A stretch of DNA of 64,000 bases. Source: Candidatus Magasanikiibacteriota bacterium. Lineage in GTDB: Bacteria > Patescibacteriota > Patescibacteriia > Magasanikbacterales > GWA2-37-8. The notes under the pieces are model-generated. The model was not told where the DNA came from. It worked only from the letters and a program-made list of their open reading frames with translations, and did no database searches. Below are positions 28,468 through 37,134 of this stretch, one piece after another. Where the stretch lies: assembly GCA_026396515.1 (NCBI GenBank), contig JAPLWQ010000003.1, positions 99,569 through 163,568 of the forward strand. Direction: 5' to 3'. The first letter of the stretch is position 1; each line of letters starts with the position of its first letter. The translations under genes and the position numbers were made by a program.

Positions 28468-29148
28468 ATGCGCAAATACATTATTATCTTCATAATTTTT
28501 TCCGCCATGGCGCTTATTGCCACCGGCTGTGCTGTAAAAAACAGCGCAAACCAAAAAAATGGCAATGCAGAGCCGAACGCCAGTCAGGGCGAAATGAATG
28601 CGTCCGGCACTGAACGAATGAATTTTGGTACTCCGGCCAGCATTCAAGATTTGGCAATTGGTAAAAAAATAACCGTGATGGGTACAACCAATTCAGATGG
28701 GACAATCAGCGCGACAAGAATCATGATAGGTGAGATGCCGGGGTTCGGTCAGGGTATGAGGTCAAGCACTGATCATTTTGCTACCGGTACTATGCCGGGT
28801 CAAAATAATGACGGGCAGCAAGATCTACAACCACCACAAGGCGAAGGCCAGATGCCGTCGGGCGGTGATGCGCCGCAAGGTGAGCAATTCCAGAGGCGCA
28901 GCGCCGGCGGTCAGTGGGGTGGCCAAAACGGTACCGGCGGACAAAGAATGGGTCGCACGCCCGGTCAGTCGCGTCTTTCCGGTGAAATTATGAAACTCGA
29001 CGAAACCAGTATAGTTCTCCAAATCACAGATAATGGTTCAAAAATTGTTTTTTATTCTCAAAAAACTGAAATATTTAATGTACCGACTTCAACCCCGCCA
29101 ATGCCGCCGCGAATTACGAGTACGACCGTATCAGGCAGCCAGCCATAA
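28468..29148 (+). CDS. Lipoprotein with DUF5666-like segments and a G/Q/M-rich linker
   Basis: ATGC lipobox; 'DLAIGKKITVMGTTNSDGTISATRI' and 'GEIMKLDETSIVL...SKIVFY' segments. Confidence 0.65.
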   Translation: MRKYIIIFIIFSAMALIATGCAVKNSANQKNGNAEPNASQGEMNASGTERMNFGTPASIQDLAIGKKITVMGTTNSDGTISATRIMIGEMPGFGQGMRSSTDHFATGTMPGQNNDGQQDLQPPQGEGQMPSGGDAPQGEQFQRRSAGGQWGGQNGTGGQRMGRTPGQSRLSGEIMKLDETSIVLQITDNGSKIVFYSQKTEIFNVPTSTPPMPPRITSTTVSGSQP

Positions 29149-29160
29149 ATTTTAAATACT

Positions 29161-29187
29161 AAAGCCGCGCTATGCGCGGCTTTTTTT
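29161..29187 (+). terminator. Intrinsic terminator of the ECF-MacAB operon
   Basis: AAAGCCGCGC-TAT-GCGCGGC-TTTTTTT. Confidence 0.85.
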
Positions 29188-29238
29188 GTAAAGTAAAAAA
29201 TGTGTTATAATCAATACGTAATAATAATTTAAATACTT

Positions 29239-29613
29239 ATGACCGAATTAAAACAAGTGTACAAGTGTAGTGTTTGCGGCAATATCGTTGAGGTGTTGCA
29301 CACCGGCGTGGGGGAGTTGGTTTGCTGCGGCAAACCGATGGAACTCCAGGCGGAAAAAATGCAGGATGAAGGTGCGGAAAAGCATGTGCCGGTTGTAGAA
29401 AAAACAGAAACCGGATTAAAAATAAAAATCGGGTCGGTTTCACACCCGATGGCGGAAGAGCACTATATTGAATGGATTGAAGTGATCACCGGGTCGGGTG
29501 TATTCCGGGAAACGTTAAAACCCGGAGATGCGCCGGAAGTGGAATTCGCCGTTAAAGAAGAAATTATTGAAGTAAGGGCGCACTGCAATATTCATGGGTT
29601 GTGGAAAAAATGA
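29239..29613 (+). CDS. dfx: Desulfoferrodoxin / 2Fe superoxide reductase
   Basis: YKCSVCGN...LVCCG; EKHVP; HPM.EEHYIEWI; CNIHGLW. Confidence 0.93.
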   Translation: MTELKQVYKCSVCGNIVEVLHTGVGELVCCGKPMELQAEKMQDEGAEKHVPVVEKTETGLKIKIGSVSHPMAEEHYIEWIEVITGSGVFRETLKPGDAPEVEFAVKEEIIEVRAHCNIHGLWKK

Positions 29614-29614
29614 T

Positions 29615-29650
29615 AAAAAAATGAAGCGGCTTAGGCCGCTTCATTTTTTT
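29615..29650. terminator. Perfect 16-bp inverted repeat / bidirectional terminator overlapping the sensor gene stop
   Basis: AAAAAAATGAAGCGGC-TTAG-GCCGCTTCATTTTTTT. Confidence 0.8.
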
Positions 29651-30956
29651 CTTCAACTTGTTTCTTTAACCTCTCAAATAGGTTTGTTTTTTCCAGCGCC
29701 AGTGCAAATTGAAAAGAAAAGGTATTCAATATCTCCCTGTCTTCCGGCAAATAAATTTCACCAGTTTTCTTTTCACCGATCAAAATTTGCGCCAAATTGG
29801 CGCCGTCGTGTTCGGCATTTACAAATAGCTCATCATCATCGCCTTTCGGCAATATTTCAAACAGATCCTCCTCGCTAATTTTTATTGTGTTAGGACCGCC
29901 GTCTCTTTCAAACAGTAATTTTTCCCTGACCAAATAAATTTTTATGCCTGTCGGTTTGAATATTTTATAAAGTTCTTCCGCCGTGCTTTCAATCAGAGAA
30001 TTTAAATCGATATTCAGATTCAGCGCCAAGCTTAAATTATACATCGCTTCCGAATAGGAAATGTGGTCTTTAAAAAATATTTTATCCGTTTTTTTCTGCA
30101 GAAATTTATTTATCGGGGGAATGCCGATTGCGCCGACAAGCGCGGCTAAAAGCGAAGCGATAGGGTAGGATACGGATTGTGACAGGTCAAGCCAAATTAA
30201 CGCCGTGTTGATTATTAAAAGATAAAAGCCGATTATCGCACCGATGATAACGGAATAGATGATCGATTTTTGAATAACAACTTTAATGTTCAGCAGGCCA
30301 TGCTTAAGGATGGTGTAGGCGAGTGCGGCGCTTAGAAAAATTATACATTGTGGGCCAAGCGTAAAATAGGATATATTGCCGAACAGCGGCAGAATCGCGT
30401 TACAAAGCATTGTGCCGAGCGATGCCAGGCCAAAGCCAAGAAATATGTAGCTGATTTGCGCTCTTTGTACCACGGTTGCTTTCCGGCGCATTTCCACCAC
30501 TCTGATCAAACTGAAAATCCACAATATAATTGTATAGCCGAGCACGAAGAAATACAGCGGCCCGGTAGTTGACTCCGCCGCTTTGTTAAACGGAAAGTTT
30601 GTTCCGGTGATGCTGTATTTTGAATATGCAAAAAGAGATAAAACGATTGCCGGAACGTATATCAAAGCGAATTTAAGTATGGTGATTGAATGGCCGGTAA
30701 AAACTTCTATCAGGTTTGCATATATAGCCATGGCAAAAATTGCCGCGATCAGCGCTGTACCCGCCCAGAATATAAGTGATTTTTCCGTGTAAGATATGTC
30801 GGCCAACGCGTTGCCGACCAAACATATCGTGCTGGAAGCAAACAATGCCGCCAAGTATCTTGCCAGTTTGATTTCCCATTTTTTTACAATAAGAAAAGCC
30901 GCAAATCCCAGGTTGATGATTGCTAGAATTGCGGCTGAGTAGGTAAAGGCGAACAT
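29631..30956 (-). CDS. Multi-TM sensor (HisKA_7TM-like) + GAF-like domain, without a kinase domain
   Basis: About 9 TM helices; 'RAQISYI..G', 'YTILKHGLLNIK', 'LQKKTDKIFF..Y', 'GEKKTGEIY..EDREIL....Q...ALE' as in kinase N-termini; start at ATG 30956. Confidence 0.7.
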   Translation of the reverse strand: MFAFTYSAAILAIINLGFAAFLIVKKWEIKLARYLAALFASSTICLVGNALADISYTEKSLIFWAGTALIAAIFAMAIYANLIEVFTGHSITILKFALIYVPAIVLSLFAYSKYSITGTNFPFNKAAESTTGPLYFFVLGYTIILWIFSLIRVVEMRRKATVVQRAQISYIFLGFGLASLGTMLCNAILPLFGNISYFTLGPQCIIFLSAALAYTILKHGLLNIKVVIQKSIIYSVIIGAIIGFYLLIINTALIWLDLSQSVSYPIASLLAALVGAIGIPPINKFLQKKTDKIFFKDHISYSEAMYNLSLALNLNIDLNSLIESTAEELYKIFKPTGIKIYLVREKLLFERDGGPNTIKISEEDLFEILPKGDDDELFVNAEHDGANLAQILIGEKKTGEIYLPEDREILNTFSFQFALALEKTNLFERLKKQVEEKNEAA

Positions 30957-30976
30957 AGGCGGGTTAAGTTGGTGTT

Positions 30977-31720
30977 TCAGGGAAAGCAGCACGGGCTGCG
31001 GTAAACGACAATGACCGAAAAATTTCGGCTCTGCGCGTCTTCCAGGAAATCCGGATATACCGAATGCATGGAAAGACCGTTCCCGGTATAGAAGCCGAGA
31101 ATGGGGTCGGATTTTCCCGGTGCCGGCAGGTCGAGTTCCGGTATGCGCGGACAAGTGCTGTCAAGTGTGCCGCGCGTGCGCTTCACGGTTTGCGCCGCAT
31201 ACCAAAGCGCGATCTTCATTACAGCATCTTTGTCTAAAAGATCCTTGTTAATTATACCAAGATTATGGATCTTTTCCAAGTAGGCGCTGAAACCGGAAAT
31301 GCGCGATGTGCCGACTGCGTACGGTTTGCCTCGGCTGGTGATGTGCTTGCCGAGATTCTTGATCAGAGTCAAACCGACGCCCGGTGAGAGTGAATCGAGA
31401 GTGATCATGCAGAAGGTGTTGCCGTCAGGTTTGTGAGTGGCGCGGGAGTAGCCGTGGTCGGTAAGTTCGTCGTAGGTACGGCAGGGAATCTGATCGGCCG
31501 GGTTAAAATCAATCAACTGGAGATAACAGAACGCTTTTACCGCGTCGTTTTTTTCAGCCACCAAGAACCCGTCGGGATGCGTATCCAGCCAGCATCTCAC
31601 GTGGTCTTCGATGAACGGCGTGCATCCGGTACCGTGGTAAACCTGTTGTTCAATCGACACGATTGCCGGAATGTCTGCTTCGGCGCCAAGCCGAATACTG
31701 ACCATTGACCTATCTGTCAT
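30977..31720 (-). CDS. GNAT-family acetyltransferase (YkwB-like)
   Basis: IR..EADIPAI..IEQQVY; PDGFLVAE; TYDELTDHGY...HKPDGNT; R..GF; DPILGFY; DAQSRNF; GGAGG RBS. Confidence 0.75.
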   Translation of the reverse strand: MTDRSMVSIRLGAEADIPAIVSIEQQVYHGTGCTPFIEDHVRCWLDTHPDGFLVAEKNDAVKAFCYLQLIDFNPADQIPCRTYDELTDHGYSRATHKPDGNTFCMITLDSLSPGVGLTLIKNLGKHITSRGKPYAVGTSRISGFSAYLEKIHNLGIINKDLLDKDAVMKIALWYAAQTVKRTRGTLDSTCPRIPELDLPAPGKSDPILGFYTGNGLSMHSVYPDFLEDAQSRNFSVIVVYRSPCCFP

Positions 31721-31936
31721 GCGTTTCCTCCAGTTGTGGTCGGTTGAGGATTTGTATTATTACGAATATGTCGCCTTTGAGTTGTGTAATGAACAATTTT
31801 TCGTCTGCATTCTTGTTTTCAGAACAAGGACGTACAAAATTTTACCACATTAATCATAAATAAGCAATATTCGGATGAATAAAAAAGCCCCGGCGCAAAT
31901 GAATACGTCGGGGCGGGTTGGGTTTGAACGAACGGG

Positions 31937-32407
31937 TCAGCTAATTTGTTCGCATTCCACTTCGAAGATGAGCGCGTTGAGCCAGAGGATGAACTTCCCG
32001 GCGGCCTTGAACGAAACGGTCATCAGGCGTTTGTGCGGGAAATGGTACTTGAAGGCCGGCGGGCAGGCATCTTCGCTCGTGATCGAGGCGATAATGCCGG
32101 GAAAGCCGTCTTCGCGCAACCACTCGGCGATCTTCGTGCCGGTGATCTTGTCCATATTCTCGTCGAGGAGAACGATGTCGTCGCGACCGCCCAGGATGTC
32201 CGGGTAGACGGCGCTTGACTGGATGATGGTAACCGAGAAGATGTTGTCCCAGTGCAGAAGCAGCGGAACGATTCCCTCCACGGCGTTTTCGTCACCGTCC
32301 ACCACGATCACGCGCAGTGGGCGCATTGGCCGACGCATCAGCTCCCTGAGTTTGGGCAAAGATTTGCCGAGTGAGAAAACGCGAATGGGCGGATCTTTCT
32401 TTTTCAT
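31937..32407 (-). CDS. Stand-alone response-regulator receiver protein (copy 1)
   Basis: RVIVVDGD, DIVLLDENM..ITG, IASIT, HK. Confidence 0.7.
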   Translation of the reverse strand: MKKKDPPIRVFSLGKSLPKLRELMRRPMRPLRVIVVDGDENAVEGIVPLLLHWDNIFSVTIIQSSAVYPDILGGRDDIVLLDENMDKITGTKIAEWLREDGFPGIIASITSEDACPPAFKYHFPHKRLMTVSFKAAGKFILWLNALIFEVECEQIS

Positions 32408-32478
32408 GCTTTCACTTTGTCTCCTTCGGCCTTACCCCAAAAGGGCAGGTCATTTTTTGATTGAAAATGTGCGTAAAC

Positions 32479-32538
32479 AATGTAGCAGTTTTTTCAGTGT
32501 TTGTCAATATTGACAAAGATATAGTTATCCGCTATTCT
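32479..32538. promoter_or_regulatory. Back-to-back sigma70 promoters (cassette 1)
   Basis: Palindromic TTGTCAATATTGACAA; plus strand TTGACA-17-TATTCT; minus strand TTGACA-17-TACATT with TGn. Confidence 0.7.
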
Positions 32539-32583
32539 ATCGGACGCGTGCTTTCATAAACCAACTCAAAAAGGAGGAAACGG

Positions 32584-32955
32584 ATGACGATACTAGTTAT
32601 CGCGAAAGCATGGTTTGAAAACGACGAGCGTTCGTTCGGCAGACCCTGCGGTGTCATTCGTGGGGCGAACATGATGAGCCAGCCGTTCTTTTCCAAGGAG
32701 GTCGGTCTGGCCACGGTTGAGGCAGTGAAGGCGCACTTGTCGCTTGCCGATGACGAATGTGACATTCTGCGCCGAGATATCCTCTCGTCCGATCTCGCCT
32801 ACACGCGCAATGTTTTTGACATGGCGGTCCACATCATCGCCGTGGAACTGTGCTTATCGGCGCTCTCCGAGCACAGCGATATTTCTCAACTCGACCTCGA
32901 TTTTCAAAAGAACGGAAACGAAAATCCGGGTGTGAACGGTACAACTGTTCACTAA
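32584..32955 (+). CDS. Hypothetical protein (copy 1; paralog of 33713-34141)
   Basis: AGGAGG RBS; shares IA..WF..DE..F..PCG..RG....SQPFFSK..G with copy 2. Confidence 0.75.
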   Translation: MTILVIAKAWFENDERSFGRPCGVIRGANMMSQPFFSKEVGLATVEAVKAHLSLADDECDILRRDILSSDLAYTRNVFDMAVHIIAVELCLSALSEHSDISQLDLDFQKNGNENPGVNGTTVH

Positions 32956-32969
32956 CAACCATTCGATGT

Positions 32970-33009
32970 TCTTTCCCGCGCTGGCGATTCAATCGCCGGC
33001 GCTTTTTTT
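32970..33009 (+). terminator. Terminator, repeat copy 1
   Basis: TCTTTCCCGCGCTGGCGATTCAATCGCCGGCGCTTTTTTT. Confidence 0.8.
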
Positions 33010-33088
33010 AAAAAAATACCCTCCCGACTATTGCCGGGAGGGTTGCGTAATGAGCGAGAGAGGAGAATGTGGAGGCGCGGCCTTGCGC

Positions 33089-33550
33089 TTACTCCATCCG
33101 GTCGCGCAGGACCGTTTCGATCAGGCCGTTCATGAACTTGATGAACCTTTCGGTTTCCTTGATGTCGCTGCCGACGCATGCTTTGTGGCCGAAGTGCGTT
33201 TTGAAATCGTTGGGTGACTCGTCGCCCTGTCCGATGGAAGCGATCATGCCGCAGTATGAACTGCTGCGCAGCTGCTCGGTGACCTGCGCCCCGGTGAGGC
33301 CGTCCAACTGCTCGTCGAGAAGCACGATGTCGCTCTCCAAATCGAGCGGAGGCATCTGGCCGTCGGACTGTATCACGGTGAGCAGGCCGAGGTTGTTCCA
33401 GTGTCCGAGAAGTGTGCGCATGCCGGCGACCGCAACTTCGCTGTCGTCGATTATGAGCACGCGAACCGGCCTTTTTGCAGGTATGCGCATCTGATTCTTC
33501 AAGCCCTGCATAAATTCCGCATAGAACACCGCCATGTCACGCAGGCTCAT
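33089..33550 (-). CDS. Stand-alone response-regulator receiver protein (copy 2)
   Basis: RVLIIDDS, DIVLLDEQL..LTG, IASIG, HK; AGGAGG RBS. Confidence 0.75.
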   Translation of the reverse strand: MSLRDMAVFYAEFMQGLKNQMRIPAKRPVRVLIIDDSEVAVAGMRTLLGHWNNLGLLTVIQSDGQMPPLDLESDIVLLDEQLDGLTGAQVTEQLRSSSYCGMIASIGQGDESPNDFKTHFGHKACVGSDIKETERFIKFMNGLIETVLRDRME

Positions 33551-33595
33551 CTTGCCCTCCTTTGTTTGATTAAAATTTTCCCCATTCCCGTTTGC

Positions 33596-33674
33596 ATATT
33601 ACGCCTGATATAGTTTTGCTGTCAAGAAAATTCAGGCTTGAAGGATTGACAAAATCCGAAAAATCTGTTATTCT
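33596..33674. promoter_or_regulatory. Divergent sigma70 promoters (cassette 2)
   Basis: Plus strand TTGACA(33646)-17-TATTCT with TGn; minus strand TTGACA(33625)-18-TAATAT. Confidence 0.6.
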
Positions 33675-33712
33675 GTCACAACGTTTAGTGAAAAACAAAA
33701 AGGAGGTGCGAT

Positions 33713-34141
33713 ATGGGGTTGTTCATCGCGCGCGTCTGGTTCATTTACGACGAGAATACCTTCCGGAAGCCCTGTGGATTTGTACGTGGAAATGGCTTTA
33801 TTAGCCAGCCGTTTTTTTCCAAACAAATCGGCAAGGTCGCTATCGCCATGGTAGGCAACATGTTCAATCTTAGTATCGAAGAGATGAAATTTCTGCGTTC
33901 GGCGCTGGTGATGTCCGGCTTGCAGGAGGCGGAAAACGCTTTGGATCGGGTCGTGACGCGTGTCAGAGTCGTATCAAGCATTACCGAAAAAATTTCCTCG
34001 GTGATACTCAAGACCACTAAGCAGACGCTTAGCGATGACGCAGTTGCTGCAATGTTCAAGCCGCTCAATGTGTACTTCGACTGCGTCGACATCTTGGATG
34101 CTTCCAATACGCCGACCACCAAGTACAGATTCATCCACTGA
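33713..34141 (+). CDS. Hypothetical protein (copy 2; paralog of 32584-32955)
   Basis: AAGGAGGTG RBS; shared N-terminal motif; both copies end in His. Confidence 0.75.
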   Translation: MGLFIARVWFIYDENTFRKPCGFVRGNGFISQPFFSKQIGKVAIAMVGNMFNLSIEEMKFLRSALVMSGLQEAENALDRVVTRVRVVSSITEKISSVILKTTKQTLSDDAVAAMFKPLNVYFDCVDILDASNTPTTKYRFIH

Positions 34142-34157
34142 CAATATCAACAAGTGC

Positions 34158-34199
34158 TCTTTCCCGCGTCGGCGATTCAATCGCCGGCGCATTTTTTTT
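34158..34199 (+). terminator. Terminator, repeat copy 2
   Basis: TCTTTCCCGCGTCGGCGATTCAATCGCCGGCGCATTTTTTTT, near-identical to 32970-33009. Confidence 0.8.
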
Positions 34200-34209
34200 A
34201 TAAAAATCT

Positions 34210-34375
34210 CCCTCTCCTTTACTAAAGAGAAGGTAGCGACGCTTTCCCTCTCCTTTTTAAGGAGAGGGTTAGGGTGAGGTAATTTACACTTCCTTTTTAA
34301 TTCCCTCTCCTTTCTAAGGAGAGGGTTAGGGTGAGGTAAAATTCCCCCTCTTTTGAAGAGGGGGTTAGGGGGAGT
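34210..34375. repeat. Cluster of four BoxC/REP-like palindromic repeats
   Basis: CCCTCTCCTT-n-AAGGAGAGGG-TTAGGGTGAGGT at 34246 and 34303; variants at 34210 and 34344. Confidence 0.8.
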
Positions 34376-35674
34376 TTAAACCTCCGCGAACATCATCGGA
34401 ATGCCGAGCCGTTTGCGTTTAGTTTCACCAAAAAGTTTATCGTGATGGCGTTCCGGTATATCGCCGCGGTCGCCAAGATGTGCGCCAAAGCGCTGCGCTT
34501 CAAAACTGGAGCCCAAAAAAATAGCATGCTTGCCATATTTTTTTGCCAGCTCGTCCACGCTTTCATAAAGTTTCACCATTTTTTGCATCCGTGCGCCCGA
34601 GGTAAATAAATCAGGTTGAATCACCGCCGGATTCAAATTGGCGAGCACAATGCCGGTCGCGCGGTAGGGTACGCCGCGTTTTAGTAAAGTATAAAAAACA
34701 TCCCGCGCCGCCGCGATAATTTCCTGCGGGGTGGCGGTCGGCCGCGACAGCGCAAACTCGGCGCCGGCGTGACGGAAGTCCTGCGTGCGCAAAACTATTG
34801 CCACCGTGCCGGCGATCAATTTGTGCCGGCGCGCTTTGATGCAGGCGTTTTCAATATTTTTGGAAAGCTGGGAAAAAATAAAATCCGCGCTGTCTGATGG
34901 GGGAGTGAAGGTCTTAAATTTTTGAATAGAAAAATACGAAGATTTTTCTTCCAGTAGCAGTGGCATAACAGATGCGCCGTTTAATTCCTGCCAAATTTCC
35001 CAGAACGGACGCGCCAGATTGTTTTTCACCCACCACTCATTGGCCCGGGCAAAATCACCGGCCGTAAAAAAATTGTGGCGCTTTAAAAAAATAGTTGTAG
35101 CCGGGCCAATACCCCAGACCTTTTCCACCGGATACTTGTCCAGAAACCGCCAGCGGTCGCGCGTGGAGATAATAGTTAAGCCGGACGGCTTTTTCCATTT
35201 GGAACCCATCTTGGCCAACACCTTGCTCGGCGCGAGACCAACGGAGAAAGTGAACCCGAGTTCGCTGTCCAAATCGTGTTTAATTTTTTCCGCGAGCGCT
35301 ATATATCCCGAGCCATGGCGATTGCCATATCCCGTCAGGTCAGCAAAGCATTCATCTATCCCATATTCTTCCACGGCATGCGTGTAGCGCCGTACAATGG
35401 CGTACAAACGGCGCGAGAGCAGGGAATAGGTTTCATAGTCGGACGGCAGGATAACCGCGTCGGGGCAAATCCGGCGGATTTCAAACAAGGGCATGGCCCG
35501 GGTTACTCCGCGCGCTTTGGCTTCATAGCTCATGGATGAAGCGATTCCGCGCTCTTTGCCGGTCACCACCGGTTTGCCTTTCAGTTCGGGGTGGCGCGAT
35601 TGTTCGCAGGAAGCAAAAAACGCGTCGCCATCGACGTGCAGTATTGCTTTTGGAAAAGAAGAAATTGCGAACAT
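34376..35674 (-). CDS. dinB: Y-family DNA polymerase (DinB/UmuC-like)
   Basis: LHVDGDAFFASCE, SYEAKARGV, YGIDECFADL, KPSG, VWGIG; clamp-binding QPDLF. Confidence 0.9.
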   Translation of the reverse strand: MFAISSFPKAILHVDGDAFFASCEQSRHPELKGKPVVTGKERGIASSMSYEAKARGVTRAMPLFEIRRICPDAVILPSDYETYSLLSRRLYAIVRRYTHAVEEYGIDECFADLTGYGNRHGSGYIALAEKIKHDLDSELGFTFSVGLAPSKVLAKMGSKWKKPSGLTIISTRDRWRFLDKYPVEKVWGIGPATTIFLKRHNFFTAGDFARANEWWVKNNLARPFWEIWQELNGASVMPLLLEEKSSYFSIQKFKTFTPPSDSADFIFSQLSKNIENACIKARRHKLIAGTVAIVLRTQDFRHAGAEFALSRPTATPQEIIAAARDVFYTLLKRGVPYRATGIVLANLNPAVIQPDLFTSGARMQKMVKLYESVDELAKKYGKHAIFLGSSFEAQRFGAHLGDRGDIPERHHDKLFGETKRKRLGIPMMFAEV

Positions 35675-35698
35675 AATTTTTTACAACCCGGGTATATT

Positions 35699-36449
35699 AG
35701 TGTAAACTATAGCCAATTATTAAATTTCAATTTATGCCCAAACAATATCCGCGCGTAAAATTTATCATTGACCGCAAGCGGGATATGTTCGCCTTAAAGT
35801 TAGGCGACGAATATATCAAGCATTGTTTTCCCAATAATATGCGCTTTGTCGGTGGCAAAGATTTTTCCAAAAAAGAAAGGTTAAAATTGGCGAAGAGCTT
35901 TGCCGAGAACAGATACGAGAAAGAACTGAACATATTCAGGAGCAATCTAAAAGTGACGGAACGGAAATGGCGCAAGCATGAAAAAATATTTTTCCGGCTG
36001 GTTGATAAAATTTTTAAGAATTATCCATGGCCGAAAGGCAACTATCGTGGCTATATCTCCGCTTTCTATCGTTTCCCGCGCAATATCAGCCAAAAGACAT
36101 TTGCTTTTCCCGCTCAGTATAATAATCCCAGATTTGTTAATTTTGATCTATTGGTAATCGCTCACGAGATGCTGCATTTCATCACCTATGATTATTTGCA
36201 GAAAAAATATCATTTGAAGCCAAGTGAGCATCATAATAAGGATAATTTTTTCTGGCAGTTTACGGAAAACTTGAATGTGCTGATTGAAAATTCTAAAATG
36301 TGGCGTCCATTTTCCGGTAAATTTGTTTCCGGGCCTTACGATAAGAAAGCGGCGGAGTTGCTTGCATCAATGGAAAAAATTTGGCGGAAAAATCATGATC
36401 TGGATAATTTGATTGTCAAAACTTTTAAACTTAAAAAATAGTTTACACT
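35699..36449. repeat. 12-bp perfect inverted repeats (35699-35710 and 36438-36449) flanking one gene, with an ATAG direct repeat
   Basis: AGTGTAAACTAT ... ATAGTTTACACT. Confidence 0.7.
35734..36441 (+). CDS. Hypothetical protein with HExxH motif (zincin-like)
   Basis: 235 aa basic protein; VIAHEMLHF followed by a distal E (FTENLN). Confidence 0.65.
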   Translation: MPKQYPRVKFIIDRKRDMFALKLGDEYIKHCFPNNMRFVGGKDFSKKERLKLAKSFAENRYEKELNIFRSNLKVTERKWRKHEKIFFRLVDKIFKNYPWPKGNYRGYISAFYRFPRNISQKTFAFPAQYNNPRFVNFDLLVIAHEMLHFITYDYLQKKYHLKPSEHHNKDNFFWQFTENLNVLIENSKMWRPFSGKFVSGPYDKKAAELLASMEKIWRKNHDLDNLIVKTFKLKK

Positions 36450-37015
36450 TTATACTTGCGTACCGCTCCCACCACCACCGCGGCAATATTTAATTCATCC
36501 GTCGGCACGATTGGACGGTATTTGCGGTTGGCCGGCACAAGCGTAATATGCTCGCCGGTTTTTTTGTAATATTTCAGCGTCCAGGCGTGGTCCACTTCTG
36601 CCACCACCACGTCGCCGTCGCGCGGCTGGCGTCCGCGTTCCACCAAAACCAAATCACCCGGCATAATACCGGCTTCAATCATCGAGTCGCCGGAAACTTT
36701 GAGCATATAAGTGGCTTCTTTGTGTCCGATTAAATATTCGTCCAAGGTCATGGTGTCGCAAAGTTCTTCCTCGGCCGGAGTAGGGAAGCCGGCGGCAATG
36801 TTGCCCAAAACCGGTACACCAAGAAAGCGCGAACCCGGTGCCAATCGTCCACCATCATCACGGCGCAAAAAACCTTCCTCTTCCAGCTTGGCCACGATTT
36901 TGTGCACTGCGTTGGTGGATTTGAGCCCGGCCAGAGCCATAAACTCGCGGTAGCTCGGCAGGCGCCGTTTGGTTTTGTAGAATTTGTTGAAAAACGCCAG
37001 GTAGTTCTTTCCCAT
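36443..37015 (-). CDS. lexA: LexA-family repressor (wHTH + S24 peptidase with UmuD-like AGFP cleavage region)
   Basis: LPSYRE..S.NAV...V.KL...GFL; LG.IAAGFP; VSGDSM; WTLK. Confidence 0.88.
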   Translation of the reverse strand: MGKNYLAFFNKFYKTKRRLPSYREFMALAGLKSTNAVHKIVAKLEEEGFLRRDDGGRLAPGSRFLGVPVLGNIAAGFPTPAEEELCDTMTLDEYLIGHKEATYMLKVSGDSMIEAGIMPGDLVLVERGRQPRDGDVVVAEVDHAWTLKYYKKTGEHITLVPANRKYRPIVPTDELNIAAVVVGAVRKYKV

Positions 37016-37066
37016 ATAAGTAATAGTTGTGTATAATTAGCGTTGCTTGTTTATTTTCCTTATGGT

Positions 37067-37096
37067 AGTATAGTGAACAAGTGTTCACCTTGTCAA
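37067..37096 (-). promoter_or_regulatory. lexA promoter with a palindromic SOS-box-like operator in the spacer
   Basis: Minus strand TTGACA-18-TATACT; GTGAAC-AAGT-GTTCAC at 37073-37088 (GAAC-N4-GTTC type). Confidence 0.75.
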
Positions 37097-37105
37097 TGTG
37101 GATAA
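37097..37105 (-). promoter_or_regulatory. Consensus DnaA-box sequence
   Basis: TGTGGATAA = TTATCCACA on the minus strand, abutting the lexA -35; single copy. Confidence 0.35.
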
Positions 37106-37134
37106 CTTTTCACCCCGTTAAACCCCGCCTAATT

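Noticed and set aside
30957-31154. 66-aa N-terminal extension of the 7TM sensor in the ORF track
   Set aside because: Overlaps the GNAT C-terminus; ATG at 30956 gives a normal TM start. Similar over-long starts were trimmed for mreB, glyQS, rpmG, Pif1, HAD and DrrA.
34210-34375. CRISPR array
   Set aside because: Repeats are degenerate, spacers are short and unequal, no cas genes are present, and the sequence matches the BoxC/REP-like palindrome style.
37097-37105. Replication origin
   Set aside because: Only one DnaA box, with no cluster, no AT-rich unwinding element and no dnaA/dnaN nearby.
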